In this document: piece by piece, positions 61,550-64,000 of the stretch | How positions within the stretch are numbered: position 1 is the first letter of the stretch | Layout of the letters: each line of letters begins with the position of its first letter | DNA from: Eledone cirrhosa | Lineage: Eukaryota | Length of the DNA stretch: 64,000 nt | Assembly: GCA_964016885.1 (NCBI GenBank) | Contig: OZ024753.1 | Span: 26,722,001 to 26,786,000, forward strand | Reading direction: 5' to 3' | The notes under the pieces: generated by a model | Databases searched by the model: none | What the model saw: the letters and a program-made list of their open reading frames with translations, nothing else | What the model was told of the DNA's origin: nothing | Program-made: the position numbers and the translations under genes

Positions 61550-64000
61550 ATGGCTGTGCTAAGAGTAGGGTGTCTAAATGCGCATGGCCTGGGCTCATCT
61601 TGGAAGCAAGCAATGCTTCTAAATGACCTCAGGTCACAATCTATAAATGTGATGATTATCTGCGAGGCCCGGATCAGCAGCATGCGGCAGCTAGCCCCCA
61701 CCTTTGACGACTTTGAGATGCACGCATCTCTCTGTCAGCCCGGAGGTGGGGGTGGGGTTGTCGTTCTGCTGCAAAAACATCTGGGCCTTGCAACACAGAT
61801 AGTTCACTTGGACCCAGGGGGTCGACTGGTGGTGCTGGACCTTGGCAGTGGTGAAGGTAGAGCCTTTAGGCTGGTAGCCACATATGCCCCTTTTGGGACA
61901 GAGAGGTCCGACTTTTTCCAGCATCTGGAGTTTTTTCTAGGGATGTCCCGTTCCCTGCTTTTAGTGGGGGACTGGAATGGTATCCTGGATGCACGTTGGG
62001 ACTATGCAGGGGCATGTCCCGATAGAGAGGGGTGCAACAGCCTCAAGGGGTTACTCGGCCGATTTGACCTGGCCGATAGATTTCGACAAGATTTTCCGAC
62101 GGTGCCAATCTGGTCTTGGTCAAATCGCAGCGGATCATCTAGGTCGTACCTAGATAGGTTTTTAGTTAGAAATAAGGACAGGGACTTTTTAAGTTGTCCA
62201 GAAATGCTCATGGTTGGCTATTCAGACCACAAGTTGGTGACCTGCATGGTCAACCTTGATAGAATGCATAGACAGGGCCCCGGTTACTGGAAGCTCAACT
62301 TGTCCTTGCCGGCAAGCAGAGCTTACAGGGATCGGATTAGTACGTTAGTTAAGGAACGGTTGACTGGAGCGATCGTCAACAGTAGGTGGTGGGTATCTCT
62401 AAAGAGAGAGATTAGAGTAGTCTCGATAGAATTTAGTAAGGTTCTAGCTGCGGATAGGATTAGGAAGGAAAGGGAGCTAATAGATAGAGTAGAAGAGGCA
62501 ATTAGAAGCTGCGACGTGGCCAGAGTGCTAGCGTCGAGAACGGCTTTGAGCCAGTTTTTCGACTCGAAGCACGAAGGCTGCGTTGTCCGAAGTAAAATAC
62601 GTGCTCTAGGGAACGAGGGGACCAAAGCTGTTAGCTGGGCCCACGTGACAGAGGCCAACAGTGGAACTAAATCCGCCATCCGGTCTTTGCGAGACCAGGA
62701 TGGACGGGCGATTCTTGAGCCTAAGCAGATGTGTGAGGCCTTTCAAAGGCACTTTGCCCGATTGTTCGGAACGAGCGGGGAGCCGGTTGGGGATGTGGAC
62801 TTCGGTCCATACCTCGACGGCCTGCCGCGTCTCTCGGACAGGGAGGCGAAGTCCTGCGAGGAGCCGATTTCGGCCGCTGAGATAGAGGACATGCTGAGCC
62901 AATGTGGCAAACGCAAATCCCCGGGTCTCGATGGTCTTCCATACGAATTATATCTAGCTATGCCGGACTTGTTCCCCGATCTCCTCGAGGCGGTCTACTG
63001 CAACTGGCAACAGAACGGGAGAATTCCCTGTACTGTGACCAAGGGCGTAGTCACGCTAGTGAGGAAGGACGAGAACAAGGGGGACAAAATAAGTAACTTC
63101 AGGCCCATAACTCTGCTAAATACAGAGTTACAGATTTTGGCCAAGGTGCTAGCAAAGAGGTTGGCGCTTGTCGTGGGCAACCTGGTGGGAGATGCGCAGA
63201 CATGTGCTATCCCGTCCAGGTCCATCCACGACAACCTCCACCTCATGCGATACATCATAGAGAGGGTTGGGAACGAACCCGGCTTTGGTGGGGCTCTGAT
63301 CAACTTGGATCAATCTAAGGCGTTCGATAGGGTCGACCATGGTTACCTGGATGCGGTGCTAGCGGCGGCAGGCTTCGGACCCGTTTTCAGGGGCTGGATC
63401 ACTGCTATGCACAGCAGCCGCATCTGCTGTAGGGTCAAGGTGAACGGCTACCTCTCGAAGCCGTTCAAAATCGCGCGGTCCTTCCGACAAGGGTGCCCTC
63501 TCTCCTCCCTTCTGTATGTGTTGACTCTCGAGCCACTACTGCGGAAGTTGGAGTTGTTGCAGGGCATCCCTTTGGAACCGGGATTGCGGAAAGCAGTGTC
63601 GGCCTACGCCGATGACGTGACAGTAATGGTGTCGACGGCCTCCGAAATCGGGGCGGTCGGCACCTTACTGGAGGAGTACGAAAGGTTCACAGGGGCTAAG
63701 CTGAACCGGGACAAGTCGATCGGTTTGCAACTCGGCACGTGGAGGGGCAGACCGATGCCCTCCGATGGCGCCGTCGGACGCTGGACGGAGGGCCCGGTGA
63801 AGTTGCTTGGGGTCTGGTTCGGACCGGACCTCCAGGTGGAGAAGAACTGGGCGGAGGTTACGAACAGGGTGTTTGCACTGACCCAGAAGTGGGCCAGTTG
63901 CAAACTATCCCTGAAAGGTCGGGCGGAGGTGGCGAACACCTATATAGTGTCCGTCATCTACTACCGCCTGACCGTAGTGCCCTGCCCATGGGAAACCCTC
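61550..64000 (+). CDS. L1/Tx1-type LINE ORF2 (APE endonuclease + RT), open to the window edge
   Basis: MAVLRVGCLNAHG, VGDWN, SYLDRF, SDHK, GYWKLN, KSPGLDG, FRPITLLN, LDQSKAFDRV, RQGCPLS, YADD; RQGCPLS and YADD checked in frame with the ATG; absent from the ORF track, consistent with no stop before the edge. Confidence 0.93.
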   Translation, partial: MAVLRVGCLNAHGLGSSWKQAMLLNDLRSQSINVMIICEARISSMRQLAPTFDDFEMHASLCQPGGGGGVVVLLQKHLGLATQIVHLDPGGRLVVLDLGSGEGRAFRLVATYAPFGTERSDFFQHLEFFLGMSRSLLLVGDWNGILDARWDYAGACPDREGCNSLKGLLGRFDLADRFRQDFPTVPIWSWSNRSGSSRSYLDRFLVRNKDRDFLSCPEMLMVGYSDHKLVTCMVNLDRMHRQGPGYWKLNLSLPASRAYRDRISTLVKERLTGAIVNSRWWVSLKREIRVVSIEFSKVLAADRIRKERELIDRVEEAIRSCDVARVLASRTALSQFFDSKHEGCVVRSKIRALGNEGTKAVSWAHVTEANSGTKSAIRSLRDQDGRAILEPKQMCEAFQRHFARLFGTSGEPVGDVDFGPYLDGLPRLSDREAKSCEEPISAAEIEDMLSQCGKRKSPGLDGLPYELYLAMPDLFPDLLEAVYCNWQQNGRIPCTVTKGVVTLVRKDENKGDKISNFRPITLLNTELQILAKVLAKRLALVVGNLVGDAQTCAIPSRSIHDNLHLMRYIIERVGNEPGFGGALINLDQSKAFDRVDHGYLDAVLAAAGFGPVFRGWITAMHSSRICCRVKVNGYLSKPFKIARSFRQGCPLSSLLYVLTLEPLLRKLELLQGIPLEPGLRKAVSAYADDVTVMVSTASEIGAVGTLLEEYERFTGAKLNRDKSIGLQLGTWRGRPMPSDGAVGRWTEGPVKLLGVWFGPDLQVEKNWAEVTNRVFALTQKWASCKLSLKGRAEVANTYIVSVIYYRLTVVPCPWETL

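Overview
Eukaryotic, AT-rich, repeat-dominated DNA. The SINE family, (TA)n/(CA)n load and TTAGGG repeats suggest an octopod cephalopod (inference). I find no complete intact host gene. The window opens with degenerate TTAGGG tracts interleaved with a CpG-rich ~657-bp unit and a minisatellite that is fused directly to a truncated, intron-containing EHD/Past1 pseudogene. Two near-full-length Penelope-like elements (RT plus C-terminal GIY-YIG, each with an inverted upstream copy) and several PLE remnants follow, carrying about 15 type I hammerhead ribozyme motifs in several structural variants. Also present: a complete CsRN1/Kabuki-type Gypsy element (LTRs, 4-bp TSD, tRNA-Trp PBS), maT, piggyBac-like, pogo-like and Helitron elements, many tRNA-derived SINEs, several satellites, an orphan transmembrane-coding terminal exon possibly preceded by micro-exons, two V-ATPase subunit E exons, and an L1/Tx1-type LINE whose ORF2 is open to the window end. 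The best novelty candidate is an ORF-less, highly structured 420-nt hammerhead-bearing unit (retrozyme / mini-PLE) at 57.8-58.9 kb that copies the architecture of the autonomous PLEs nearby. All alignments and folds were done by eye; coordinates of degenerate elements are approximate.
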